Positions 8,967 to 20,000 of a stretch of DNA of 20,000 nt are shown here, one piece after another (positions within the stretch are counted from its first letter, which is position 1; every line of letters starts with the position of its first letter). Position numbers and translations under genes: made by a program. The notes below the pieces were generated by a model. The model did no database searches. It saw only the letters and a program-made list of their open reading frames with translations, and was not told the origin of the DNA. Source of the stretch: Hydrurus foetidus. Its lineage: Eukaryota. Where the stretch lies: the NCBI GenBank assembly GCA_900617105.1, contig UYFQ01000263.1, positions 53,009-73,008 on the forward strand. The letters run 5' to 3'.

Positions 8967-10453
8967 ATGTCCGCCGCACCTCCATCTCCACCACCTCTTG
9001 ATGAGGAGGAGATTGCTCGTCTCGCAGCGTTGGCTGCCCTCAATGAGACTATTCCAACAAACAGCTCATTGTTTGGTAACAGCTCGCTGACGATGCAACT
9101 CCAGAGTGAGGTATTCGTGCTCAGACACAACTTCATTGATGAAGCTGATGCCATTGAGTTCTACGAACAGGCTCAACGCAATCCCAACATGAAGTTGACG
9201 GACTGTATGCAGAAGCAGGCAATCGAACTATTGAACTTCAAAATCTTAGTCGACCCTGAATTCAACATCATTGACCGTCGACAACGTCATGATTGGTTCA
9301 CCATATTATCGGTGACTCAGGTAGCCACTCTAGTAGTGAAGTACTTCTGCCCAAACGGTTTGGGGGAGTGTACTTTGGCAGAGAGTTTCAGCCAGATTCC
9401 CTTCCACTACCAGATCGCTAATCACGATCATGAGAATGCCACATTCATTCGTTACAATGAACTTGTGAGCAACTATGAGAGGTCCAAGGGCCCTCTGACT
9501 ATGACTCAGCATGCTGAGCTTATTCAGATCTTGGAGAAGCGCCTAGCTAAGGGTAGTCAAATTCAACAAGACTACCTGAGAGCGAAAGCTGCTGACACCT
9601 CACCACCCAACACGGGGACATGGTTGAAGACTATGCTACGCATTGGTCAGGTTCTGGCTGAGGCTAGGTCGATGACGAACCTCATCAAGAGCTACGGCAA
9701 CCCGGAGGTAGTGTACTCGTTCCCTTCATCGGCTATTCCGCCTGAGGTTGGTAAAAAGAGACAAGCAGAGCAAGTGTTAAGGCACCCTCACCTACTCCAT
9801 CCGGGACGTCTAAGTCACTTACAGCGACTGTGCGTACAACAGGCTCGTACATTCCGACTCAGCACGGACTCGCTGTCCGTGCGTCGACGGAAGTGCCGTT
9901 CGTACCGAACTTGCTAGCGTGCCGTTCGTGCGGGTCTAAGTCGCACATGTTGATTGACTGTCCCATCCTGTATTACTCCGACTCCAATACAGACCATTCG
10001 GCTGATTGGGAGGATTCTACATTGGGTATGGCTTGGGCAGCGGTAGGGTTTGCAGAATGGCAACAACATCTCGTACTCCCCGGATACGAAGATCGCGTTC
10101 TGCTACTCCCTAAGGGTTCTAAACCCTACTTGATGTCTAACGACAACAAGCGCCCCAAAACAGCCATGGTGGCGGTAACAACCCCAATGCCTCTGGTGGT
10201 TCAGATCGTTCCAACCAGGGACAAGGGGGTATAACCAAAACCAGGGAACCAAGGTAACCAGGGAGGTGGTTACCATGGCAACCATGGAGGGGGTAGAGGT
10301 AAGCAGAGGGGAGGATACAACCCCAATGCAAACCAAAACCAGGGTCGTGGATCCGGTGGCAGGGGAAACAAATACAACCCCCCACAGGGAAACAACCCTC
10401 CCTCCTCTTCCAGTTCAGGTCAGGATCAAGGTAAGAACCTTTATTCTGATGAC
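8967..10453 (+). CDS. gag: Gag part of a probable single Gag-Pol ORF: helical N-terminal region, CCHC zinc knuckle and Gly/Asn/Gln-rich tail
   Basis: ATG at 8967. Zinc knuckle CRSCGSKSHMLIDC (CX2CX4HX4C) at 9920-9961. Four single-base frameshifts in short runs at ~9755, ~10157, ~10227 and ~10247 restore a continuous frame into pol. Confidence 0.85.
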
Positions 10454-13400
10454 GTGGCTGCTGTCTTTGACAATGATACCCATAATCTGATGGATAGTCA
10501 TGTTGAAGAACAGCCACATGTAACTATTCGTGAAGAATTTTTGCATAATCCATCTGTCCTTCCTTCTCATCACCTCAACGTAACTGTTATCGTGCAGGAT
10601 AAGGATAGGACTGGCCCAGCAAGCGAGCTGCGTGCCGTTGGAAGAGCCGTGCTGGACACCGCGAACTACTCGGAGGATTTTATTTCTTTTAATATGTTAG
10701 AAAAATTAAATGCCACTCACCTTTGTTACCCCGCTCCTACAGCTATCACTGTTTGTAGCGGCCTCGATGGTCAATGTTATGTAAATAACGAAATTTGCGA
10801 TTTAAAAATCCTTTTTCATTCTTACGATGGCGAATGCCAGAGCATCAGCTTACCCATGAGGGTTAATAGAAAAACCGAAATTGAAATTTTGTTTAGCCGT
10901 AAGACGGTAAATAAGTATGATTTTTGGTCTTTGACTCCGTTTGCTTTCGGCATATCGCCAGAACTTAGCGCGGAGAACAAAAAGAAAAGCGATGCGCGCA
11001 AACGCGACTTCGATAAGAAGGAAGCTTTGTTGAAACTTGATCCCATGTATCAACATAAGTATACGCGTCAAATGATAGCGTTGGGTGCCGAACCAGATAC
11101 AGCCGAAGTCGAGTCTATCACGCCTCATTATGACAAGCTGAAATATCCAGGCGGTAAACCTGCCTCTAAAAAGAGGGTTACATATGGAGTACAAGAGTAC
11201 CCATATAAGAAGAGCGTTTTGCTTGGTCAATCTTCTTCGAAGAGCAACGTCTCCTGTGTCCATTCAATGTCGACATGTAACGATACCCAAAAGGATATTG
11301 AGGGAGTCGCGACCCAAAATTCCTGTGGTGATGTAAGTTGTGAGCGACTGAATAGTGTCACTACTATTCTCGCAAAACGTACGGGTGATACACCGCACCT
11401 AGGTGGCGACCAGATTCCCACCCTTACACATACCTTTGGGGATTCTGATACCCCCGACTATGTCACTGAGCCTTTATGGCCCAGTGGTGTCGCACTCTCA
11501 GTTGACGAGATTGACGATGGCAAGATAGACACGTTCGCACCCTTCTTAGCTGAGAAACCTAGTCAAGATGACTTGCCCAAGGGGCCAGAGGATTTCCTCA
11601 ACGAGATTACCTTTGAGGGAGATGAAAGCTTTCAGAGGAAGCTCCGAGAGCTCTGTTCTGAATATTCAGACATTTTTAGTGATCAGTTAGCTGAGAAACC
11701 AGCGTCACTCAAACCTTTTGAGATTAACATCCCCTTGAGTTGTGGGAAAAAGACGAAAACCGTACGCCGGTACGTCCCCAGTCATCGACTAAGGAGGTTG
11801 CTCTTAAGGAGAATCTCGATGAGATGCTTGCGTCGGGGGTTATAGAGCGGTCAGATGCTGCTTATTACAGTCATCCTGTAATCGTAACTAAGTCACCCGG
11901 TAAATTTCGAACCTGCATCGATTACCGGCCACTTAATAAGTGCCTGACTCCCGCCTCTTTTCCCCTGCCGAATATCAAACATCTTTTGAGAGGATCGGTA
12001 ATAAAAAACCGGATATTTTTGGTGTGATGGATTTAACCGCGGGTTACCATCAAGCACCGTTACACCCCGCACACCGCATATTCACAGCGTTTATATGCTT
12101 TGCGGGGGTATTTCAGTTTACGAGACTGCCCTTTGGTCCGTGTCGTGCCCCCTCTTACTTTCAAGAGCAGATGGTAACGGCGGTCCTCTATGGCCTTATC
12201 TATCATTGTTGTGAGATGTATCTCGACGATTGCATAGTATATGGCAAGGGTGAAGCAGAGTTTCTTAAGAACTTGAATAAAGTCTTTGAAAGATTCAGAC
12301 TTAAGGGTCTTAGACTCAAAGCAAAGAAATGCCGCTTTGGTTTACCTCGTATTGAATACGTTGGCAGAGTGGTTGACAAAGATGGTTTATCCATGTCAAA
12401 AGAAAAAATAGAAACAGTGTTAAACTTTTCTATACCTAAGAACTTAACTTTGTTAAGATCATTCTTAGGATTAGCGAACTATTTTCGACAGTTTGTACCT
12501 ATGCATTCGACTTTGGTTAAACCAATGCAAGATATGATAGATCATTCTGCACCGAAACGTTCGGCCGTTGTATGGACTCAAACGAGTACCAACAGCTTTC
12601 ACGATACACAGATCGCGATATCTCGTTGTCCATTAATGTACTTCATTGATGACAATAAATTGGATATCCGATTATATACAGACGCGTCTGATTTTGGAAT
12701 CGGCGGTGTCCTTTTCCAAGTGGTTGATACCATTTGGCAACCGATAGCTTTTATAAGCAAATCATTGACACCAACACAAATAAGGTGGTCAACTATACAG
12801 AAAGAAGCGTATGCTATATTCTACTGTTGTACACAACTCGATTACCTAATCAGAGATCGTACATTCACAATCTATACGGATCATTTGAATATCACGTATA
12901 TGAAACAAAACCCTACCTCAATGGTAGCAAGATGGTTCATTGCTATGCAAGAACTTCATTTTACGGTTGTCTTCGTACCTGGCACGTCAAATGCCTTAGC
13001 CGACGCATTGTCGCGATTATGTCCTAACTTGACAGAAATCGCATTACCGTTACGAATAACGGAATTGGAATTACTTCCAACTTCGTCGTCGTCGGTCACT
13101 GTGTCAGCTTTGACAGCTATCGACCCAGCGTCAGACGATCAGTTAGAATACATCCAAATGTGCCACAATGCGTTTGTTGGTCACAACGGTGTAGATCGTA
13201 CCCTTACTCGGTTGTTCAGTCTACAACAAGTTTGGAAAAACATGAAACAACATGTACGTACGTTCATACAGAACTGTCCGTGTTGTCAAAAGCTGAGCGC
13301 AAAAGATCCTAAGATCAATGCGTCTCACTTTGCAACGTCGAATTATGCTATCTTCGATACGCTGAATGTTGACTATATCGGTCCATTCCCAGACAAAGGT

Positions 13401-14417
13401 TATATCCTTGTCATTATCGACACGTTCACACGTTGGACTGAACTATTTTGGTGTGCAAATGCAGACGCAAAATCAGCGGCCGACTGCCTACTCTCTCATT
13501 TTGGCCGTTTCGGCTCGCCAAACATGATACGATCGGATCGAGGATCCCATTTCGCAAACGATTTAATAAAAGATTTTTTAGATCTTTGTGGTACGCCACA
13601 TAATTTAACCCTCGCATACTCGAAAGAGGAAAATGCGATTGTTGAGAGAGTCAACAAAGAGGTAAATAGACACCTAAGAGGTCTTGTTTTTGATAAACAG
13701 ACCCTAGAGGGATATGCTAAGTCAATCCCATTCGTGCAACGCATCATTAACAGTTCAGTTAATAGACGCACTAAAGTTGCGCCCGCACATTTACTGTTCG
13801 GAAACAAGCTTGACTTGAATCGTGGTATTTTAACACCACACTTAAGTGTGAATACACATTCTAGATCAACATACATTGAAGACTTGATCAGCGTTCAGGA
13901 CAAGGTCCTCGATTCAGCTGTTCAAGCTTTAATGTCAGCAGACGCTAAACACGCGGCATCAGCTAAGTGTGCGACAGTGTTCCCTATAGGGACATATGTT
14001 TTATGTCGTTACACGGATCGACCGCCAACTCGGTTACACACTACGTGGCATGGCCCGTACCGTGTTATCTCCTACAAAGGATCCGAGTATATCCTCGCAA
14101 ACCTTGTTACACACAAGGAACGAAGTGTGCATATTAAAAATTTAAAAAATTTTAATTATGATTCAGAGGTCGATGTACCTGCTGACACTGCTCGTCGTGA
14201 CTACATGGAATTTGTAGTGGAAAAGGTTCTTAGTCACTCAGGTGACAAAAAGAAGCCTACGACAATGTCATTCAAAGTCAAATGGCTTAATTATGATGAC
14301 ACTCATAATTCATGGGAGCCGTGGAAAAACCTACGGCTTTGTGAAGCACTCCATGAATACTTGAGGGACAATAAAATGAAACATTTTATCCCCAAGAATC
14401 TTGAGGCATCAGTCTAA
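10454..14417 (+). CDS. pol: Pol: aspartic protease, reverse transcriptase, RNase H, integrase (HHCC, DDE, GPY/F) and chromodomain
   Basis: PR-like AVLDTA (10655); RT motifs FRTCIDYR, DLTAGYHQ, LPFG and YLDD (12219-12230); RNase H YTDASDFGIGGVL and YTDH; IN motifs H..GHNG..CPCC, VDYIG, SDRGSHF, VER and WHGPY; chromodomain EFVVEKVLSH...FKVKWLNYDDTHNSWEPWKNL (~14208-14370). Frameshifts at C4 11731-11734 and T4 11984-11987. Start coordinate is nominal because the frame is open upstream. Confidence 0.97.
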
Positions 14418-14714
14418 GAAGACTGATCTCGAACGTATTATCTTTTGAAGATTTTTCCTAATTTTCCCTCGATGGAGGTTTTATGGTTTTAGTCAGTAAA
14501 AATCTGACATAATTACGTATCGAGGCCTCGGGCACACGTACTTACGTACTAGGCACCACTTTTCTCGTCGACCGACCCACCACAGTTTCATTTTGTAAAT
14601 ATTCCTTATTATATTTTTCATTTTAGTTTTCGTTAAATTTTCTTTTTCTTACTTAGTTATTGTTAGTTATTATATTTTTAAACGTGGTGGTCGCGTCATA
14701 GATTAGATTTCTTC

Positions 14715-14737
14715 AAAAAAGAGATAAGTGGGAGAAA
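14715..14737 (+). promoter_or_regulatory. Polypurine tract (plus-strand primer)
   Basis: AAAAAAGAGATAAGTGGGAGAAA immediately precedes the TG of the 3' LTR. Confidence 0.9.
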
Positions 14738-14940
14738 TGTGGTCGTACCGGGTATACCGGGCCTACGGGCCGTACCGGACCTTGTCACGATCCACCCGAT
14801 CCTTCCGCCTACAGTACACATACAGCCCTACCACGACTAGCTAGCTAGCTCCTACTCGTAGAAGTTACCTAGCTTCTAGCATAGTCTGTAACCTAAGCAC
14901 AACCCGCTCTTCTACCCATCTTCTTTCCATCAGGACTACA
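14738..14940 (+). repeat. 3' LTR (203 bp)
   Basis: Direct repeat of 8204-8410, followed by TSD GTTG. Confidence 0.97.
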
Positions 14941-15399
14941 GTTGAATATCCGATTAGACTAGGATCTTGTCCTTGTTTGTATCCTGTGTGATGCATGATT
15001 GTTTTCAGGCACGGGTGTACGTACTTTCAGCGATAACGTTTAACATAGAATCAACAGGTTGGCTTGGGGTTGGTGTTTTATACGGTTTAACGAAACTATT
15101 TTTGCAAATGCTTAATTATATTGAATCAATATCATAAAAAAGCTTTTATGTTGACACTACTAAGTAACATGTTATATTTCTGTAAAAATCTACTAATTTA
15201 TGCTGTAATTTATTATCAATTTTAGTATAAATTGATAGAAGTGAATTATGTTTTAAAAATCTTTCAATTTTGAAAGTTGAATAATTAATATATAATATAA
15301 ATGGACTGTTTTAGTGGTATATGAGGTACAGCATGGGTCAAAGTTATCCGTGATAAATATGAAAATTTAATGAAAAATCAATATTAGGAATAAGTTTTT

Positions 15400-15770
15400 G
15401 AGCTGAGTTCTAGGTCCCTTTTTTAATTGAAAACATAATTGGATACGGATAATTTGGCTTCAATGCCTTTAGGCTACAGTAGAGAACAATCCCAAGACAC
15501 AATTTTTCTTTTGTCCTGTCCATTCAGACAATGTAAGTTTTAAAATTAATCAAAGAAGACTGCGAACCTAATTTCAGAATCGGGAAATTTTGTATACTGT
15601 ATATTTAATAAAAAAAACGAAACGTTGGAATGGAATCCAAGATCCATAAACTATTTTCGATTCCGTATAATATTTAGAATGCGAAAGCCACACAATTTTT
15701 CTCCGCGATGCCTATATGATTGATACTGCAATGCTTGAATTCTGAAATCCATTATCATGGAGTTGCAGTT
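15400..15770 (+). repeat. Dispersed repeat, copy B (diverged direct copy of 341-720)
   Basis: Same collinear motif blocks as copy A. Confidence 0.75.
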
Positions 15771-16061
15771 GTCAAGTGCCTTGTTGAGTAATACCTTATG
15801 ACTCAATTACACTGCGTTGCAAAGCGCTTGTTGTCGTGGACTGGCGACAGATTTCTGGCAAGAAAACGATGGCTGTATTATATTATGAGCATCCAGCTGT
15901 CAGTCCAGCATATTCATGCATGATCTGTTAGCATAGTTTCATCTGTAGATTAGCATTCACATGTCACAAGTAGTGTAGCGCTTCCTCACCCAAAACACCG
16001 CCATACACTGTTGTGTACATACGCTCATCGTTCTTCTAGCGATATCCCCCTTCGGGGCCAT

Positions 16062-16137
16062 CACCAAGCATCCGGTTTTTCACCACCAAGCATCCGGTTT
16101 CCACCAGGTATCCGGTTTCCACCAAGCATCCGATTTC
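16062..16137. repeat. Minisatellite of four ~18-bp units (CACCAAGCATCCGGTTTC)
   Basis: Units at 16062, 16084, 16102 and 16120, with 0-2 mismatches to the consensus; lies upstream of the Copia-like gag. Confidence 0.9.
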
Positions 16138-16494
16138 ATGAGCAGCGAGGGTTCCGCCCATTGCTCAATCGCCAACTTGAATATTCGCTGAATATGTTTC
16201 CACTTCGGCGATCACCATTTCATGCACAATGGATGCTTTGCTTTGCTTCTTTGATGGTTGTCTTCTCTGATATCATCGCCAGTTGTTTTACTACTTGATC
16301 GTTGTAAGTAAACACGTCTTCCGAGACCACTTCCATCAGCCAGTCTTTCCTTTGCGCTTCCGCAGCCAACAGGTAGCTCGCTTCACTCCACAGTCTGACT
16401 CACATGGTAGCGATTGCATAGAAAGTTCAGCAATCATCGATATAGTATCAATATATCAACGGTATCTCATCACAACAGATATCTCAAGTCGGCC

Positions 16495-19208
16495 ATGATG
16501 CTACGATCGTCCGACAACACAGACCAAAACAACGAGGAATACCATGACCCAACTGGGCTAGAGACTCCCAGCCGCGCCCAGCTGCCGCGCATGCTCTCCA
16601 TGACCCTCGCAGAGTTCGATGAACGTGTCGCCGAGGCCATAAGAGCCCAAACTCAAAATTTGGTCACCAGCTCGACGGCAAATCGGCAAAATCCTTCACA
16701 CCAAACCGACCTCGACGAGGCTCCCATGCAGAGGAAGCCACGCCACCGCGCCAAACTTCGGCAGAAGTTTCAGCAAGCTATCATATAATGCCGCTTTGGA
16801 ATCCGTTTTGGAGCTCAAACGGCTAAAACTCGATCTCGTTCTGACGACCTCTTCAGAAATGGATAGCATCAAGCAAAACCAGATATCCACAACGACTGTG
16901 GGATCCAACAAGCGGTTCAAAGCTCTTGACAACATGCTCCACGTCGTTGGACTCTACCCAATGGCAATGGGCACGCGTCGCGAGCCAATCCCAACGAGGC
17001 ACAACCCATCAGGATACTCGGAGCCTACAACGTCGGAGAATCTTGACGGAACATTCAACTATGTCCCTGCCGACGATGTTACACGATGGGCCCACGACAA
17101 GAAACGTTTATATAACGTCATGTTAAACGCTTTCAGCGAGTCTACCCACTATCTATGTGCCGATTCCTTTACCTCTCGCGATGGGATCGCTATATATAAA
17201 CGTATGCACAAGCACTACTACGGACATACTGAAGCAGACATCAACCGACTCCGGCGGCTTCTACAAAACTTCAAGGGCTCCACGGCTACTTGTTTTCAAG
17301 AGGATTTAGTGAAGTTTACAACGTTAATGACAGAATTCGAGTACGCCCAGGCCAGACCGAGCACCGAGCAGGAGCGCCTTCAATTCCTTCACAACGCCTT
17401 CATGAACGACCACCGCCCCAACACAAAATCCTACTTTATGTCCTGCCATAGCACACTCACCTATCACCCGATCCTGCCTGAGTATGAAAGAAGCCGGTCA
17501 AGATAGCTGCCTTGTCCACTACCCCTGAAGCCTGCCGCAAGTTCCTCGCTGGCACCGGCAGCGACACCTCCCTCTGGCAAAGCACATCCTCCTGCCCCAC
17601 CTGGATCCGCTCCAGTCACGGACAAGAACCGGATCAAGGCCAAGGGCAAGTATCCCCCCAAGCAGACCTTCCCAGTGACGAGTATCGATGGCCGTGTCCC
17701 TTACCTCAAGAGCAACATCCCCATGAAGCTTCTTACCAACGGACCCAACATCAACCCTGACGACGGCTGGCAGAACAACACGCTTTTGGATAACGCCGAA
17801 CCCTCCGGGTATGTGCGCTTCTCCCTCAATATGTTCCGAGTCACCGACACTGACCCAGCACCTCCTCCGGATACACCGTCTAATCCTCCTCTCGAGTTAG
17901 CACTTCCGCCAGGACTCTCTCCATCAGGACACTCACCACTGCGATCTCCAACTCGTCCATCTTCTAATGCCGCCTCTCCCTTAATGCTCCGACCGTACGT
18001 ACGTTCCGAACATACTCAACCAGCATCTACCCCAGTACTCCTGGGTACCCCCCCGACTCCTGTCGCCCCAGAGAATGCTACAGCATGGGACACGCCGCGC
18101 CATCAGAACATCTCCTCGCCAACATATGGGACCCCAATGCAAGAAGAAGTCGATGCCTTCACACGTACCTGGGCCTTCCTCACCAATGACGAAGTCACCT
18201 CCTCCACTGTCTTCCAGGGTATCTGCCGACAATGCTCCACGTACATCCTTCAGTACTACACTGTGGTCCACCACCGCATTCATCAGCAGCCCCTCTCAGC
18301 AAATGACTTCATCATCTATGTGAACCGTCCCGCCTTGCCTGGATCCCTACACCGGCGCCTCATATCTACCTCGCTATTTTGGCTGGGTATCCCCAACCAC
18401 CCTCAGCAACTGCCGCGCTGATGTCAGAGACGGATACTCTCGGTATATGAACCTCATCCACAAGATTGCTCGCAACCTGCTGCTCGCCAACACTGAGCCG
18501 CCGACTCCACCCAATCTTGAGTATGACCCAGGGCACTACCGCACCTTCAATCCAACCTTGATTGAAGACATCACCACCTATCAGTCCACAGTCGGGAACA
18601 TTTTCTTTTACTTCCTCGTCCACACTGCTCTGTACCTCGACGACCAGATCAGTCCAGACCACATGGCCATATTTGAAAGTGTCCTCATCTACGACTGTGC
18701 CTCCTGGGTCGCAGCACAGCTTGCCCGATATGCCAATGCACCCGGCAACTCCTGGCACAACATTCCCACTCTTCGCATACTCATGCTCACGGAAGTTGAT
18801 GCACACGTTGACGGTCTTATGACACGAACTGGATCGAACGAGTCATTCATCCAAGCCATTCGAGTCGTAATCCAGCATGTCCTACCCGATGCATTTCATG
18901 TTACACCCAACAGCCTCTTCGTCGGACCCGATCCTGTTGAGCCCACCGAGTCACACTACCGCACAGTATCTCTCGCCAGGGACCTCGCAGCATCTACAGC
19001 CCCACAGAACATACGCAAACGATACACTTTGCGGAACTATGAGAGTGATTCAGAGTCCTCTGTCGAAGACTCCATCTGTTTCCTCCCGTACAACATGTCC
19101 TGTCCAACCCATAACATCAGTGGCCCTCGATGCGCCCTCTCTTATGTTAACTACCTACATGGAGCCGTATATTGCCATTGTTATACCGTAATAATCACAG
19201 CTGTATAG
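16495..19208 (+). pseudogene. Degenerate retroelement ORF: Copia-like Gag followed by Pro-rich and unassigned regions; no pol motifs seen
   Basis: Successive plus-strand ORFs (16414, 16796, 17675, 18447) link through frameshifts or a stop. The segment RWAHDKKRLYNVMLNAFS...RDGIAIYKRMHKHYYG...RLLQNFK...FQEDLVKFTTLMTEF...ERLQFLHNAF resembles the pattern of Ty1/Copia Gag (UBN2/Retrotran_gag_2-like). This is pattern recognition only. Confidence 0.55.
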
Positions 19209-19474
19209 TATTATCCGGTACTTTAGGTCCTCCCAAAACGTCATATTTACGTCAGCCATCTCGCCACAACAACGCAAGATGCAAACCACGTACCATCCTG
19301 ACATCTGAGATCATTGTACGGCAGGTAGAAATGATGTGCAACATGAATTTATGCTTTGTGGCCTCCGTGCCAGTTTCTAATTCTTAAAAGGATTTGATAA
19401 CCAAAACTTCCCATCTTCGTTTAGCCATCCACGATATGTCCTGCCGACTTCGTGCCGACGCCTGGCGACTCACA

Positions 19475-20000
19475 ACTTGTAATATTGCCGTCATATTAGG
19501 AGGAAGATAAGCCACATCTACTCCAATTTCTTCAATGTAGTCTTGCACTATAGCAGTTTTATGACAGCCGCAGTTATCAAACCATATTAATAGTTTTCCT
19601 AATTTCATCTTTATGGGAAGCATTATTAATTCTAACCACATTATCATTCTGACTTGATCGTTCCATGCCTTGTGTTGGCTCGTTATAACTTGATTTGTTT
19701 GATCATGAATCATGTACCAACATTTATGATCTTCCATTTATCTCCAATCTGCATTGTTTTTTCCCACAGATTAAGCGCCATCCATTTCTTTCTCCAAAGT
19801 CAGGTCTTCTCAACAAATCTTTGATATCTTTAATTCTAAACTGATCTGGACGCACTTTGGAGCATACCGAATGTTTCATTATGATCATGAGAGGGGCGAA
19901 TGCACCATTAGCACCAACAGTAATTACTGCTGCAATGCGGAGTTTTGTGTTTGCAACCCCCAAATTTGATGCCCTTTCTTGATCGCTAGGGACGTACAGG
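19475..20000 (-). pseudogene. Second pogo-like transposase fragment, a diverged relative of 4152-6811; runs off the window end and is cut just before the third catalytic D
   Basis: KLRIAAVITVGANGAFAPLMIIMKHS, QVITSQHKAWND, KLGKLLIWFDNCGCHKTAIV and YLPPNMTAILQV align with the first copy. Frameshifts at ~19737-19770. Homology stops at 19475. Confidence 0.92.

Larger units (their letters stand above)
8204..14940 (+). mobile_element. Full-length Ty3/Gypsy LTR retrotransposon with an integrase chromodomain (chromovirus-type), 6737 bp
   Basis: Two LTRs with TG...CA ends; 4-bp TSD GTTG (8200-8203 and 14941-14944); PPT before the 3' LTR; domain order gag-CCHC-PR-RT-RNaseH-IN-chromodomain. Confidence 0.98.

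Noticed and set aside
9750..11990. Programmed -1 ribosomal frameshifting in gag-pol
   Set aside because: There are six shifts, one inside conserved RT sequence, and none is at a clear in-frame X XXY YYZ heptamer. This pattern fits homopolymer errors.
8939..13876. Antisense and alternate-frame ORFs within the Gypsy element
   Set aside because: Short shadow ORFs of the gag-pol frame with no motifs.
16062..16137. CRISPR-like array
   Set aside because: Units are essentially contiguous with no unique spacers, and there are no cas genes.

Overview
A transposon-dense, AT-rich window that looks eukaryotic (spliceosomal-type GT..AG introns; no prokaryotic features). From left to right it holds: a diverged dispersed repeat (341-720, second copy 15400-15770); a four-unit ~460-bp tandem array (1282-3077); a degenerate Cys/His-rich minus-strand ORF (3518-3241); a complete but decayed 4.46-kb pogo-like DD35D DNA transposon (3739-8194) with bipartite, asymmetrically spaced terminal inverted repeats and ~1.3 kb of extra internal sequence; a young full-length Ty3/Gypsy chromodomain LTR retrotransposon (8204-14940, 4-bp TSD GTTG) inserted 9 bp beyond that transposon's right end; a degenerate Copia-like gag with a long unassigned extension (~16495-19208); and a truncated second pogo-like transposase on the minus strand (19475-20000). 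The most unusual features are the 3-bp/15-bp asymmetric bipartite TIRs on the pogo element and the 12-bp palindrome sitting where the retrotransposon's tRNA primer-binding site should be. The six gag-pol frameshifts all fall in short mononucleotide runs and are probably assembly errors. I see no convincing evidence of an entirely new multi-gene system.
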